Source of the DNA: an uncultured archaeon
GTDB lineage: Archaea > Nanobdellota > Nanobdellia > Pacearchaeales > GW2011-AR1
NCBI GenBank assembly: GCA_902385635.1
Contig: CABMGN010000008.1
Location: 130,894 to 194,893, forward strand
DNA length: 64,000 nucleotides
Reading direction: 5' to 3'
Shown here: piece by piece, positions 53,772 through 62,754 of the stretch
Position numbering within the stretch: position 1 is the stretch's first letter
Layout: every line of letters starts with the position of its first letter
The notes under the pieces: generated by a model
Told to the model about the DNA's origin: nothing
The model's database searches: none
Seen by the model: only the letters and a program-made list of their open reading frames with translations
Position numbers and translations under genes: made by a program

Positions 53772-54800
53772 TCATTCAGCAAGCATAACCCTATTTCTAC
53801 CAGATTCTTTAGCTTTGTAAAGTGCGCTATCCACTCTTTTAATAAAAGATTCTACATTTTCTTCTTGTTTTATTTCTCCAACACCCAAACTAACAGTAAC
53901 CTGTCTCTTAGCTTTTTCCGGATAAAATGTTTCAACAGCTTGTCTAAAAGTTTCAGCAGTAGTTATAGCTTCTTCTAAACTATTTTCCAAAATAAAAGCA
54001 AATTCTTCCCCCCCGTACCTACAAGCCCTAACCTTTCTAAACTCTGTAGAAATAAGTTGACCTAAATTTCTAAGAAGATTATCCCCTTCGACATGTCCGT
54101 AAGTGTCGTTATAACTCTTAAAGAAATCCAAATCCAACATAACTAAAAATATTTTATTTCCTTTTTCATACTCAGAATTTATAAGTTCAGTAAAATACCG
54201 TTTATTAAAGAGTCCAGTAAGAGCGTCTGTTACAGCTTTCTTGGCTTCCTTATCGTATAATTTATTATATAACTGAGTGATTGTTTGCTCCTTCAAACTT
54301 ACGGCTTGCTTAAGTTTTAAGTGATCAACCAGAGAAGCAGTTTGATTTGCGATTGTTCCAAGGAGCTTAGAAGAAGAATATGAAAAATTATAATCTCTAT
54401 TCATGACAACAATACAACCAATACATCCAGTATAAGTCATAAGCGGGGCGCTAATAAAACTTTTTATTCCAAAAAGTGAAGCCACGGTCCCGTATCTTGT
54501 TTCTTCTATAAGAAGAGGAGAAGCACTCAAGACAGTGTCATTCGCAATTGTTTGAACTAAATCATAAAAACCCGGTTCAAGAGAGTATACCCCCTCAAAA
54601 TTCCTCGCACGAAGACCTTCCTGATCTTTTAAAAAAATAAAAACATAATGGGTATTAAACTCACCAATAAGAATTTTTGCGATTTTATTTAGAGTAACAT
54701 CAATATTCTCAGTAGAGCTAGAAATTTCCTGAATAATTTTGATGATGCGAAGCTCTCTAGAGGTATAAACTAATTTTTTAAGAACATCTTCGTCAGGCAT
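53772..54800 (-). CDS. GAF-GGDEF diguanylate cyclase
   Basis: 342 aa. An N-terminal GAF-like sensor is followed by the canonical GGDEF domain: DALTGLFNKRYF, LVMLDLDFFKSYNDTYGHVEGDNLL, ACRYGGEEFAFIL and VSLGVG. No RxxD I-site is present 5 residues upstream of GGEEF. Confidence 0.8.
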   Translation of the reverse strand: MPDEDVLKKLVYTSRELRIIKIIQEISSSTENIDVTLNKIAKILIGEFNTHYVFIFLKDQEGLRARNFEGVYSLEPGFYDLVQTIANDTVLSASPLLIEETRYGTVASLFGIKSFISAPLMTYTGCIGCIVVMNRDYNFSYSSSKLLGTIANQTASLVDHLKLKQAVSLKEQTITQLYNKLYDKEAKKAVTDALTGLFNKRYFTELINSEYEKGNKIFLVMLDLDFFKSYNDTYGHVEGDNLLRNLGQLISTEFRKVRACRYGGEEFAFILENSLEEAITTAETFRQAVETFYPEKAKRQVTVSLGVGEIKQEENVESFIKRVDSALYKAKESGRNRVMLAE

Positions 54801-54865
54801 AAAGATCCATCAAAGAAACTCTTTTTAAGCATTGTCAAATTTTAGTATACAGATAGGATTAATCT

Positions 54866-57800
54866 CTAAAACCACTTCTGTAACCCTTCTTGTTTTTCTA
54901 TCTCTTTACCAAAAATGCTATCAATAGCTTCTTTAGTTAATTCTACGCTCTGCTTAATATACGGAGAAAGATTATATTTCTTAATTAAATCAAGAGCAGG
55001 ATCTAAATATTTTCTTATCCCCCCCTCGTGAATTGTGAAAATAATTTTACCCTTACACTTTGGACAAACACCCGAAAGGGGGGGTCTCCTCATAATCTCA
55101 TTACAATCAACACATCTAAAACCCTGCATTGAAAACTTTCTTAAATTACCCCTCATATCCGAGATAAAATGCCTCTCAATAACAAGTCTTGCAACATCAC
55201 TCTCAGTAACTGCTCTAATCTTTTCTACAAGTTCCATCTGGTGTTTTAATTTATCCTGCATGGTTGCAAGAGTTTTATAACTAGAACATAGAACACCATC
55301 ATTAAAATTAGAAGTATCATGAGTAAACCCGAAACCAACGAACGGATTTTTTCCTTCTTTCAAAATCTGCTTAACATTGTAAATCTTTACTTTAGAAGAG
55401 TGCTCCCTTGTTTCAGCCAAGCGATACATTTCAAGAGGATAATGTCCATCTTTAATAAACTCGAAATCTAAAATCTGATCATCAACTTCCCCAGCATCAA
55501 TTTTAGCATTTAAAACAAGAGGGGCGTCTTGAGTTCCACCCCTATGCCCCGGTAGAAATTCTCTAGAAAAATTAAGCAGAACATCTCCTAAAAGCATGAT
55601 AGCTGCCTCGTCACCATCACAATCTCTCCTCACAGCCGCATGCATAAAGGGGCTTGCAAATAAACCGAGAGTGTTAGAAAATCCTATAAATCTACAAACA
55701 ACTCCCGCGCAGTTATGGGGGGCCATGCATACCCCAAGATGGCCTATCAAGTCCTCCTTCTTTTTTATGTTATAAAAAGGTTGTAACCCATAGAACTTAA
55801 CTAAGAGGTCATCAATAAAATCACACACTTTATGAAAAACATCATCAGCCCTTTCATCCGGGGTATCGGTACAACTAGGCAAAAGAACATCATGAGGCAT
55901 CAATTCCAGAATTTGGTTCTCATCAACTAACTCTTTATCATAAATATCTAAGTCATACCCTAGTTCTCGAAGTTTTTTAACACTAACACCAATTTCCTTA
56001 GGTTTAAATGAAACTATAGGTAACTCCGTAGCATCAAATCTAACTGTTCCGTCCTTGTTTACCTGAAGATCATACTTTGCACGAAGGATACCCTTTTCTA
56101 AATGTTCAGTAGCGTGAGAATCTGAGGAAGTTCCTCTAATCCCTTTTATTAATGGAGGCAATTCTTCCCGCCTCATATTCAATTTCTTTAAAGCAGTTTG
56201 AAGATAATAATTAATATCCAAATTTTGTGAGCAATAGCAGCTACCTTCCTTTTCACATTCCGAAATATTTTTTTCAGAAGATTTTCTTCCAAGTTCATAA
56301 AAGTAATATTGTTTTTTTGCTGGAAACCCACAAGTTTCACAAGAAGGAAAAATAGTTTCTTTACTACATTTTTCACAGAAATAAAGAGGGAAATCTCCTT
56401 TGACAAAACCCTTCTCACACGCCGTATTCAAACTCCTTAATTTTCCACCCTCCCAACCCACGGGGAAGAGAGTATTTGGACTACCAGTAAGTTTTCTAAG
56501 TTTAGCCTTTTCCGGACGGCCCATCCTAGTTCCGATGAAATCTCCAGATTTGTCCTTAATAAAAAACTTAGAAAAAGAATTAACAACTTCTAAAATAGAC
56601 TTATCCTCAGTAAAGGCCGCCTCAAACAAATTCTTATCAAAAAGTTCAGAAAGAAAAAAGTCTACTCTGCTAGAAACAAGGTTAAAGTCCAAACCAAGAT
56701 TAGAAAAAAGAATCTTGGCTGCAGGCTCTCCAACAATAACATGTTCTAAAGAAAGATCGTGTTCAAGTCCTAACAGTTCTAAGGCTCTTTTACCTTCCTT
56801 AAATTTTTCTTGCTCTGCTTTATTGAAAGGCAAAATTATTTTTCCAGAAATTCTTGAGTATGAAAGCCAAGAGATAAGATTCAAAAATTGATCCTTAGAA
56901 ATTTCAGACCAATAAATAATAAATTTAGGGTTCAAAGGAATTTCATATTTCAAACTTATATCTGCGGCCTCTTCTAAACTAACTGAAAAAGGATTAATAA
57001 TTTTAGAGAACTCCAGGTCCTTCTCTGCCAGGTCTAGGTGCCACCACTCCTCAACATAACCTGGCTTAATTAGCGCGTGATTCCTATTTGCAAGATCGCT
57101 AAATGGAAAGAGGATATCCCCTAAGTAAATTATTTCTTCTATGTCTGAATAAACCTTTCTAGCCTCTTCAAGACTTTTCAATTTTCTTACATTTCCATTA
57201 AACAATTTTACAATCGGCCCGTCAACAACGTCTGAACTAGTGATAGCACAGCCCTTTGTTGGTTTCTCAATCTTCAATTGTGTTCCAATAGCAATAAAGT
57301 CGTCTGTAACTGCCATAGTGGCGGGATGTAACGAAGCAGCAGAAAATCCAGAAGTCCTTCCCCGGCCATACCTAAACCTAAACGCTCCCGAACGAGAAGG
57401 GTGTCCAAATACCGGTCTTCCAGCTACGAGATCTTTAATATAAGTAGGGCTAGAATCAGTTTTTCCAGTATCTCTCTTTTTGTGCAATTCAACATAATCC
57501 TTCAAAAAATCCCAATCAGTTAACTTAAATCCCTTCTCTCTTACAGAAGTAATATATCTCTGAATTTTTGGGGCTTTCTGCGCTAGACCCTCCCCAATAA
57601 CAAGGCAAAAACCACCACGAATAAAATTTGTTTCTATTCTGCTAAGATTTTTGTAATTTGAAACTTCTAATTTTTCAGAAGGTTCCCCATTTACTTGTAA
57701 AGGAATATTTCTAGCTAAAAAAAGGCACTCTTCTTCCGTCGGCATATACTGCAAGTTAGTAATTCTCTCGTGATAGTCCGCAAGTTCTGTTGCAGTTCTC

Positions 57801-58366
57801 TTAATTTCTTCTTCAGTAGGGTCATATTTTACAAAACCAAAAACTTCTCTAAGATGGTCTAGTATTACAAGAGAAAACGCTGCACCAGTACCTCCTGCGC
57901 TTCTAACCGGGCCAGAGTAGTAAGCGGAAAGGTATTCTTTTCCTTCCCTAGTTTTCATTATTTTAACTTCAGTTAGACCCTCGATAGGGCTAGAAACTAC
58001 TCCTAGAGTAATATATGCAAAAGCGATTCTTGTTCCCGCATCTATAGCCTGGATCAAGCTATCAAACTTACAAAACTTTTGCTTAGCTACTTCTTCAGCA
58101 ATCTGCAAACAAATTGCAGGGTCTAATTTCCCCCACTGCTTCTCAAGCTCGGTAATTCTCTCAGCAATACCCGCGCCCATCATCTGGGGATAAATAGTAG
58201 AAATTAAACCAACAACTTTCTCCGCCATAGACATAGCTAGAGGAATTTCAACTTTGCTTTTAGGATCTAGATTCTTACTTCTAGCTTCTTCAGCAATAAG
58301 ATAAACTCTATCAACGTCGGATTTCAAGTTTTTGAAATATTGTTCTGTGTTCATTTTATTGCTCAA
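54866..58366 (-). CDS. dp2: DNA polymerase II (PolD) large subunit DP2
   Basis: 1166 aa. The conserved N-terminus (YF..L...VDRVYLIAEEARSKNLDP...AMSMAEKVVGL), internal zinc fingers (CEKCSKETIFPSCETCG; CVDCNEIMRRPPLSGVCPKCKG) and DCDGDE. The contiguous length gives no sign of an intein. Confidence 0.92.
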   Translation of the reverse strand: MSNKMNTEQYFKNLKSDVDRVYLIAEEARSKNLDPKSKVEIPLAMSMAEKVVGLISTIYPQMMGAGIAERITELEKQWGKLDPAICLQIAEEVAKQKFCKFDSLIQAIDAGTRIAFAYITLGVVSSPIEGLTEVKIMKTREGKEYLSAYYSGPVRSAGGTGAAFSLVILDHLREVFGFVKYDPTEEEIKRTATELADYHERITNLQYMPTEEECLFLARNIPLQVNGEPSEKLEVSNYKNLSRIETNFIRGGFCLVIGEGLAQKAPKIQRYITSVREKGFKLTDWDFLKDYVELHKKRDTGKTDSSPTYIKDLVAGRPVFGHPSRSGAFRFRYGRGRTSGFSAASLHPATMAVTDDFIAIGTQLKIEKPTKGCAITSSDVVDGPIVKLFNGNVRKLKSLEEARKVYSDIEEIIYLGDILFPFSDLANRNHALIKPGYVEEWWHLDLAEKDLEFSKIINPFSVSLEEAADISLKYEIPLNPKFIIYWSEISKDQFLNLISWLSYSRISGKIILPFNKAEQEKFKEGKRALELLGLEHDLSLEHVIVGEPAAKILFSNLGLDFNLVSSRVDFFLSELFDKNLFEAAFTEDKSILEVVNSFSKFFIKDKSGDFIGTRMGRPEKAKLRKLTGSPNTLFPVGWEGGKLRSLNTACEKGFVKGDFPLYFCEKCSKETIFPSCETCGFPAKKQYYFYELGRKSSEKNISECEKEGSCYCSQNLDINYYLQTALKKLNMRREELPPLIKGIRGTSSDSHATEHLEKGILRAKYDLQVNKDGTVRFDATELPIVSFKPKEIGVSVKKLRELGYDLDIYDKELVDENQILELMPHDVLLPSCTDTPDERADDVFHKVCDFIDDLLVKFYGLQPFYNIKKKEDLIGHLGVCMAPHNCAGVVCRFIGFSNTLGLFASPFMHAAVRRDCDGDEAAIMLLGDVLLNFSREFLPGHRGGTQDAPLVLNAKIDAGEVDDQILDFEFIKDGHYPLEMYRLAETREHSSKVKIYNVKQILKEGKNPFVGFGFTHDTSNFNDGVLCSSYKTLATMQDKLKHQMELVEKIRAVTESDVARLVIERHFISDMRGNLRKFSMQGFRCVDCNEIMRRPPLSGVCPKCKGKIIFTIHEGGIRKYLDPALDLIKKYNLSPYIKQSVELTKEAIDSIFGKEIEKQEGLQKWF

Positions 58367-59915
58367 AGTCTAAAATTTTAATTGCACCTGTTTTAAGATT
58401 CAAAATAGGGACTTTACAAAAATCTGGAATAGCTCCCCTCTTTTCCTGATAAGCAGTCATTGATTCCCAAGAAGACACAGAAATAACTAATATGTTATTG
58501 TAATAAGTTATACCCGACTTATGGGTATGTCCCGCAAGAAATATATCCGGCACTGTTCGAATTATATGAGAATCTTTTTCTTGAGGAAAATACTGAGTAG
58601 AAGAGTGTGTAGGGCAAAGGTGCCTATTCTTAAGAAGATAAGTCATTACTAACTCCGGAGCATGCGCAGCTTTCTGCTTAATTAGGCTAGGTATATTATC
58701 TACGTAATGGAAAAAAGAGAATCCGTGATACGTCAAAGCATTAAATCCAGAAAAACCTTTTTTTGCAGCAAAATTAACTAAGGACGGATTTGTTGTAAAA
58801 ATTACATTTTTTAAATTATAGAGTGGCCAAGCATACTTTTCACTTATCATTGGTTGAGGTTCCATTAAACGTACTCCGTCGTGATTTCCGCTTGAGATAA
58901 TAATTTTAATGTCGGGTCTTATTTTTCCCAGAAGTTCTGCGGCTTTTTCAAAATGACTTTCTAAATCCGGAAGGCAAATTTGTTTTTCTTGATTGGGATA
59001 ATTACCAACACCCGTGATTACGTCCCCAATAACAAAGAGATATTTTATTTTTTGGACCTCGGGCGTATTTGGAACCTTACCATTGAGGTATTCTATAAAC
59101 TTTAGGAATTGTTCTTCCATAAAAAGTTTACTCCCAATATGCATATCCCCAATAAATACAGCATACTCTTCAACAGGGGATCTTTTCCGTTCAGGAAGTG
59201 ACGCTTCTGGAAGAATAACCTCATTAACAAAAAAGATCTCTCTGCTTCCAGCGCCCTTAAAACCAACAACACTATCTAAAGCGAGGTCTTCTGCTTTAGC
59301 ATAAAGCTCTTTTTTGTCTTTGTTTATTAAAACTTTTATTTTCCCAGTAAGATCCTCAACTTCTAACATAAGATTTTTGTTTTTAGTTACTTTTTTGTCT
59401 GCAATCAGACCAATTATAGAAATCCCCTGGCGGTCGTTAGAAATTTTATTTATTGAAACAAGGTTAGTAAGCTCTGAATGCTCTTGTAGGATGTTTCTTA
59501 ATTCAACGAATCTTCCTTTAAAGTACCCAACAAAATCAGAGACCGTTAGTTTTTTGCTAACAGGCTCAAAATTAGACAAAACCCTAACACTAGAAACTTC
59601 TTCAGGAGAAGTAGAAACCGCAGTAGAAGAAACTTCCTTACAAATTTCTATACTCAAACCAAGATTGATCCGAAGTTTTTCAAAATCTTGTCTGTATTGG
59701 GCTGGAAGAATTTCTAAGATTTGATTTACTTGTTCCCTATTCTCCAAAAGTATATGTTTTGTTAGAATTTTACTTGTTGGATTAGACTCTCTTACCTTCT
59801 CAATAATAAGCTTAGCCGACTCAAAGTCTTGGGTTTCACTAAACAGGCTAAGAACTTCTTTATCAACAAGCAAACCTTTCTTTAAGCAGTATGCTAGAAC
59901 TTCTTTTGTCTCCAC
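58356..59915 (-). CDS. dp1: DNA polymerase II (PolD) small subunit DP1 (3'-5' exonuclease)
   Basis: 519 aa. An OB fold plus calcineurin-like phosphoesterase motifs FIGDMHIGS, VIGDV, SGNHD and AGHTH. It overlaps DP2 by 11 nt. Confidence 0.88.
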   Translation of the reverse strand: METKEVLAYCLKKGLLVDKEVLSLFSETQDFESAKLIIEKVRESNPTSKILTKHILLENREQVNQILEILPAQYRQDFEKLRINLGLSIEICKEVSSTAVSTSPEEVSSVRVLSNFEPVSKKLTVSDFVGYFKGRFVELRNILQEHSELTNLVSINKISNDRQGISIIGLIADKKVTKNKNLMLEVEDLTGKIKVLINKDKKELYAKAEDLALDSVVGFKGAGSREIFFVNEVILPEASLPERKRSPVEEYAVFIGDMHIGSKLFMEEQFLKFIEYLNGKVPNTPEVQKIKYLFVIGDVITGVGNYPNQEKQICLPDLESHFEKAAELLGKIRPDIKIIISSGNHDGVRLMEPQPMISEKYAWPLYNLKNVIFTTNPSLVNFAAKKGFSGFNALTYHGFSFFHYVDNIPSLIKQKAAHAPELVMTYLLKNRHLCPTHSSTQYFPQEKDSHIIRTVPDIFLAGHTHKSGITYYNNILVISVSSWESMTAYQEKRGAIPDFCKVPILNLKTGAIKILDFEQ

Positions 59916-59964
59916 TCTTTGTTTTCCTCCAGATATTTAGTTTGTGAAAGTGAAGCTTAAATAA

Positions 59965-61224
59965 TTACTTATAGTCTAGTGAGTCCTCTATAATCCCTTT
60001 AACTTTCTCCATTACATTTTTTGATATCGCGAGCTTTATCTCTCTCATTCTTCCCCCACGCCCCTTAGAGATTACATTAACATTAATTATACCCAACATG
60101 TCAAATTCCTGAACAATATCAGAAACCCTTCTTTGAGTAAGGACCTCACACTTATTTGACTGACAGAGCTCCTGATAGACATTATAAAGATCTCCAGTAA
60201 ATATAGGTTCCGATTTAGCAGTTTTAAACCCGTTAGGATCTAAAGTATTCTGGATTACACCAGTTCTCTTCTCAGATAGTTTAATGATGGAGTATAAAAC
60301 TAGCTGAAACTGTTTGGGTTCTGTTCGTACTATATCTAAAATTTTATCCTTCTCAATCTTAGAGTTAGATTCGTCTATGTGAGAAAGGGAAATTTTTTTA
60401 GAATTATCTCTTTCCGCTAATTCCCCAGCCACCCGCAAGAGGTCTAAGGCTCTACGAGCATCCCCATGCTCCCTTGCTGCAAATGCAGCACATTTAGCAA
60501 TAACCCCTTCCTCAACAACCCCTTCTTTAAATGCTAATTTTGATCTTTTATTCAAAATCTCTTGCAACTGAACAGCGTTATATGGTGGGAAAATAAGCTC
60601 TTCTTCAGACAAACTACTTCTAACTCGAGGATCAAGTTCGTCTAAGAAGGTAAGATTATTACTAATACCAACTATACAAATCTGGCTTTTAGATAACTCA
60701 GAGTTAAGTCTTGTTAAATTATAAAGGAAGTCACTTGAAATTTTCTTAACAGCCTGATCTATTTCATCAAGGATTAACACAACCAATTGTTTCTTTGAAT
60801 CAATTAGCTCCAAAAATTTTGTATAAACTGCTTCTGTAGGTAAACCAGTAGTTGGGATTTCTCCCCCTAATTTTTTAATAAGTTCTGCGAGTATTCTATA
60901 CTCAGTGTCAGCAACTTTCTTAAGTTTACAATTAAGGTACTCTATTTTTAAAACAAAACCAGCATTCTTCTGCATTCTACTTATTAATTCGTCCTTCACA
61001 TAGAGAATTGACAGGGTTTTCCCAGTACCAGTCTTCCCGTAAAGAAAAAGGTTACTTGGTTTGTCTCCCCTAAGAACTGGCGCTAGAATAGAAGCTATCT
61101 GCCTTATTTGCTCGTCCCGATAAGAAACCTCTTCTGGTCTGTATGTGTGTTGTAAAATATTTTTATCTTTGAAAATATTATTCTGACTAAAAGAATCAAA
61201 AAGATTATCTAATTTGTTAACCAT
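59965..61224 (-). CDS. cdc6: Orc1/Cdc6 replication initiator
   Basis: 419 aa. YRDEQIRQIASIL, Walker A LFLYGKTGTGKT, Walker B LILDEID, sensor motifs (GDARRALDLLR) and a C-terminal winged helix. Confidence 0.92.
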   Translation of the reverse strand: MVNKLDNLFDSFSQNNIFKDKNILQHTYRPEEVSYRDEQIRQIASILAPVLRGDKPSNLFLYGKTGTGKTLSILYVKDELISRMQKNAGFVLKIEYLNCKLKKVADTEYRILAELIKKLGGEIPTTGLPTEAVYTKFLELIDSKKQLVVLILDEIDQAVKKISSDFLYNLTRLNSELSKSQICIVGISNNLTFLDELDPRVRSSLSEEELIFPPYNAVQLQEILNKRSKLAFKEGVVEEGVIAKCAAFAAREHGDARRALDLLRVAGELAERDNSKKISLSHIDESNSKIEKDKILDIVRTEPKQFQLVLYSIIKLSEKRTGVIQNTLDPNGFKTAKSEPIFTGDLYNVYQELCQSNKCEVLTQRRVSDIVQEFDMLGIINVNVISKGRGGRMREIKLAISKNVMEKVKGIIEDSLDYK

Positions 61225-61245
61225 CTCTTTTAATAAATTTCCTGT

Positions 61246-61253
61246 ATTTAATA
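61246..61253 (-). promoter_or_regulatory. TATA-box-like element upstream of orc1/cdc6
   Basis: The minus-strand TATTAAAT lies 22-29 nt upstream of the ATG at 61224. Confidence 0.45.
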
Positions 61254-61280
61254 GTTTATGTGAATGAAGGAAGTATAGAG

Positions 61281-61505
61281 ACTCACACCCTCATTGCTAG
61301 TGGAATTATTATCTATACTACTAACTTTTTTATAAGTATTTATTTATTATTATAAAGAAGAAAATAATTAATAAAAAATTAAGTTAAAATTTAATATAAT
61401 ATATAATATATAATATAAATATTTATAATATAATAATAAACAATTCATTTTTATTTTTTATTAATAAACATTTCTATTGGAAATGGGGGGGTGTGGGGGT
61501 TTTGG
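61281..61505. promoter_or_regulatory. Probable replication origin (oriC): AT-rich unwinding element flanked by inverted ORB-like boxes
   Basis: 61321..61470 contains only 9 G/C in 150 nt (hand count) and carries TAATATA-type tandem repeats. The left box is CACACCCTCAT...GCTAGTGGAAT (61284..61308). The right box is TTGGAAATGGGGGGGTGTGGGGG (61477..61499). ATGAGGGTGTG (reverse complement of the left box) and ATGGGGGGGTGTG (right box) form an imperfect inverted pair. The region is adjacent to orc1/cdc6. Confidence 0.6.
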
Positions 61506-61565
61506 TCTAAACCCTTTTTGTCGATGAAGTATATCTTTTCAACTCTATCTTTTTTTACAGAAAAG

Positions 61566-61573
61566 TTTATAAA
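61566..61573 (+). promoter_or_regulatory. TATA-box-like element
   Basis: TTTATAAA begins 29 nt upstream of the ATG at 61595. Confidence 0.5.
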
Positions 61574-61594
61574 GAAATCTCTTTTGATTTAATC

Positions 61595-61855
61595 ATGCAA
61601 GCAGAAAAAAACACATACGGTTCTCTCGTAGGAAAGATGGTTGTTACAAAAGAAGGTAAAAGACTTGGATTTGTTAGAGATATTACTTTCGAGACTGCTA
61701 CAGGTGAATTAATAAGCCTAGTCTTAAAAGACAGTACTTCTTACGCAAATAATCTTAACTTAGAGAGAGTTGGTTCAAACGATGGTTTAATTCCTTACAA
61801 TGCAATTATTGCTATTGGGGATTTCATAATCGTTTCTGAAGAAGACTTAATTTAA
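61595..61855 (+). CDS. PRC-barrel domain protein
   Basis: 86 aa. LVGKMVVTKEGKRLGFVRDITFETATGELISLVL...IPYNAIIAIGDFIIV is a typical single-domain archaeal PRC barrel. Confidence 0.65.
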   Translation: MQAEKNTYGSLVGKMVVTKEGKRLGFVRDITFETATGELISLVLKDSTSYANNLNLERVGSNDGLIPYNAIIAIGDFIIVSEEDLI

Positions 61856-61951
61856 GCAAATTCTTTTTAATATTCTTTCTTATTTGAAAATCTCTTTCTT
61901 ATTCTAAATTACTAACCAAATCTTTAAAAACAAACTAAGAGTTCATCTCCT

Positions 61952-62356
61952 ATGAAAATACTTGCTTTCAATTTTGAGAAGCTTTCTGCAGAACGCCTTT
62001 CAAATACTAAAGACAATATAAAAGTGGGAACCCATGTTGATATCTCAGACATTTCTGAGGTAAAAGCAGAACTTCTTTCTCCGTCTGGGCTTATTCTTGG
62101 AGTTAAATTTAAGTTCTCTTTAGATTACGCTCCAAACTTTGCTAAAGTAGAGATTGCAGGCCATTTCCTTGTTGAAGTGGATAAGTCTCTTGGAGAAAAA
62201 ACCTTAAAAGAATGGAAAAATAAAAAGTTAACAGACGAGATACAGTATTCTTTAATTAATGTGATTTTAGAGAAGTCAACCCTTAAGGCTCTTGATTTGG
62301 AAGAGCAGATAGGCATTCCCTTACACTTCCCTATGCCTTCTTATAAGAAAGAGTAA
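61952..62356 (+). CDS. Hypothetical protein
   Basis: 134-aa ORF with a correctly spaced CTTTAAAAA at 61922..61930. No family motif recognised. Confidence 0.4.
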   Translation: MKILAFNFEKLSAERLSNTKDNIKVGTHVDISDISEVKAELLSPSGLILGVKFKFSLDYAPNFAKVEIAGHFLVEVDKSLGEKTLKEWKNKKLTDEIQYSLINVILEKSTLKALDLEEQIGIPLHFPMPSYKKE

Positions 62357-62400
62357 GTTTATACCGAATAACTTTTATACCTCTTATTTCTTACATATTA

Positions 62401-62712
62401 ATGAAAATTTCTAAACTAAAGCGAGATAAGATTGCTGAGCAAATTTTAGCACATCTTTATACCTTATCCCCCTCCTCAGTATTTACCTCTTACATTGCCA
62501 AAGAGCTTGCTAGAGATGAAGAATTTACAAAAAAGATATTAACTGACTTGAAAAAGAAGAAGTTGGTATTAGAGATAAAGAAAAATCCTAACGGAGTAGA
62601 TTACCTTCGAAGATCTCGTTGGAAATTAACTCCCGACGTTTTTGAAGTTTATAAAAAGAAACAGGCTATTTCAAAGTCTACTGAAAGTCATTCTGAGGAT
62701 TTGTTATATTAG
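62401..62712 (+). CDS. Small winged-helix DNA-binding protein
   Basis: 103 aa. IAEQILAHLYTLSPSSVFTSYIAKELARDEEFTKKILTDLKKKKLVLEIKK is a wHTH-like pattern. TTTTATAC at 62373..62380 gives the standard promoter spacing. Confidence 0.5.
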   Translation: MKISKLKRDKIAEQILAHLYTLSPSSVFTSYIAKELARDEEFTKKILTDLKKKKLVLEIKKNPNGVDYLRRSRWKLTPDVFEVYKKKQAISKSTESHSEDLLY

Positions 62713-62754
62713 ACTAGCTAGCATCTTTTTATAGCCCGACACCCTATTGTCTTA

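Noticed and set aside
53772-54800. The GGDEF gene as bacterial contamination or a chimeric contig.
   Set aside because: Its composition looks like the flanks, and it sits 38 and 65 nt from archaeal tyrS and polD on the same strand. Read-level validation is still needed.
54866-58366. Inteins in PolD DP2 (and in RadA or Orc1).
   Set aside because: The lengths (1166, 344 and 419 aa) and uninterrupted motif order fit intein-free versions. No Hint/LAGLIDADG-like blocks were noticed.
61381-61440. TAATATA-type tandem repeats considered as a CRISPR array or satellite.
   Set aside because: There is no repeat-spacer periodicity of CRISPR size and no cas genes. The tract is best explained as the DNA-unwinding element of the origin.
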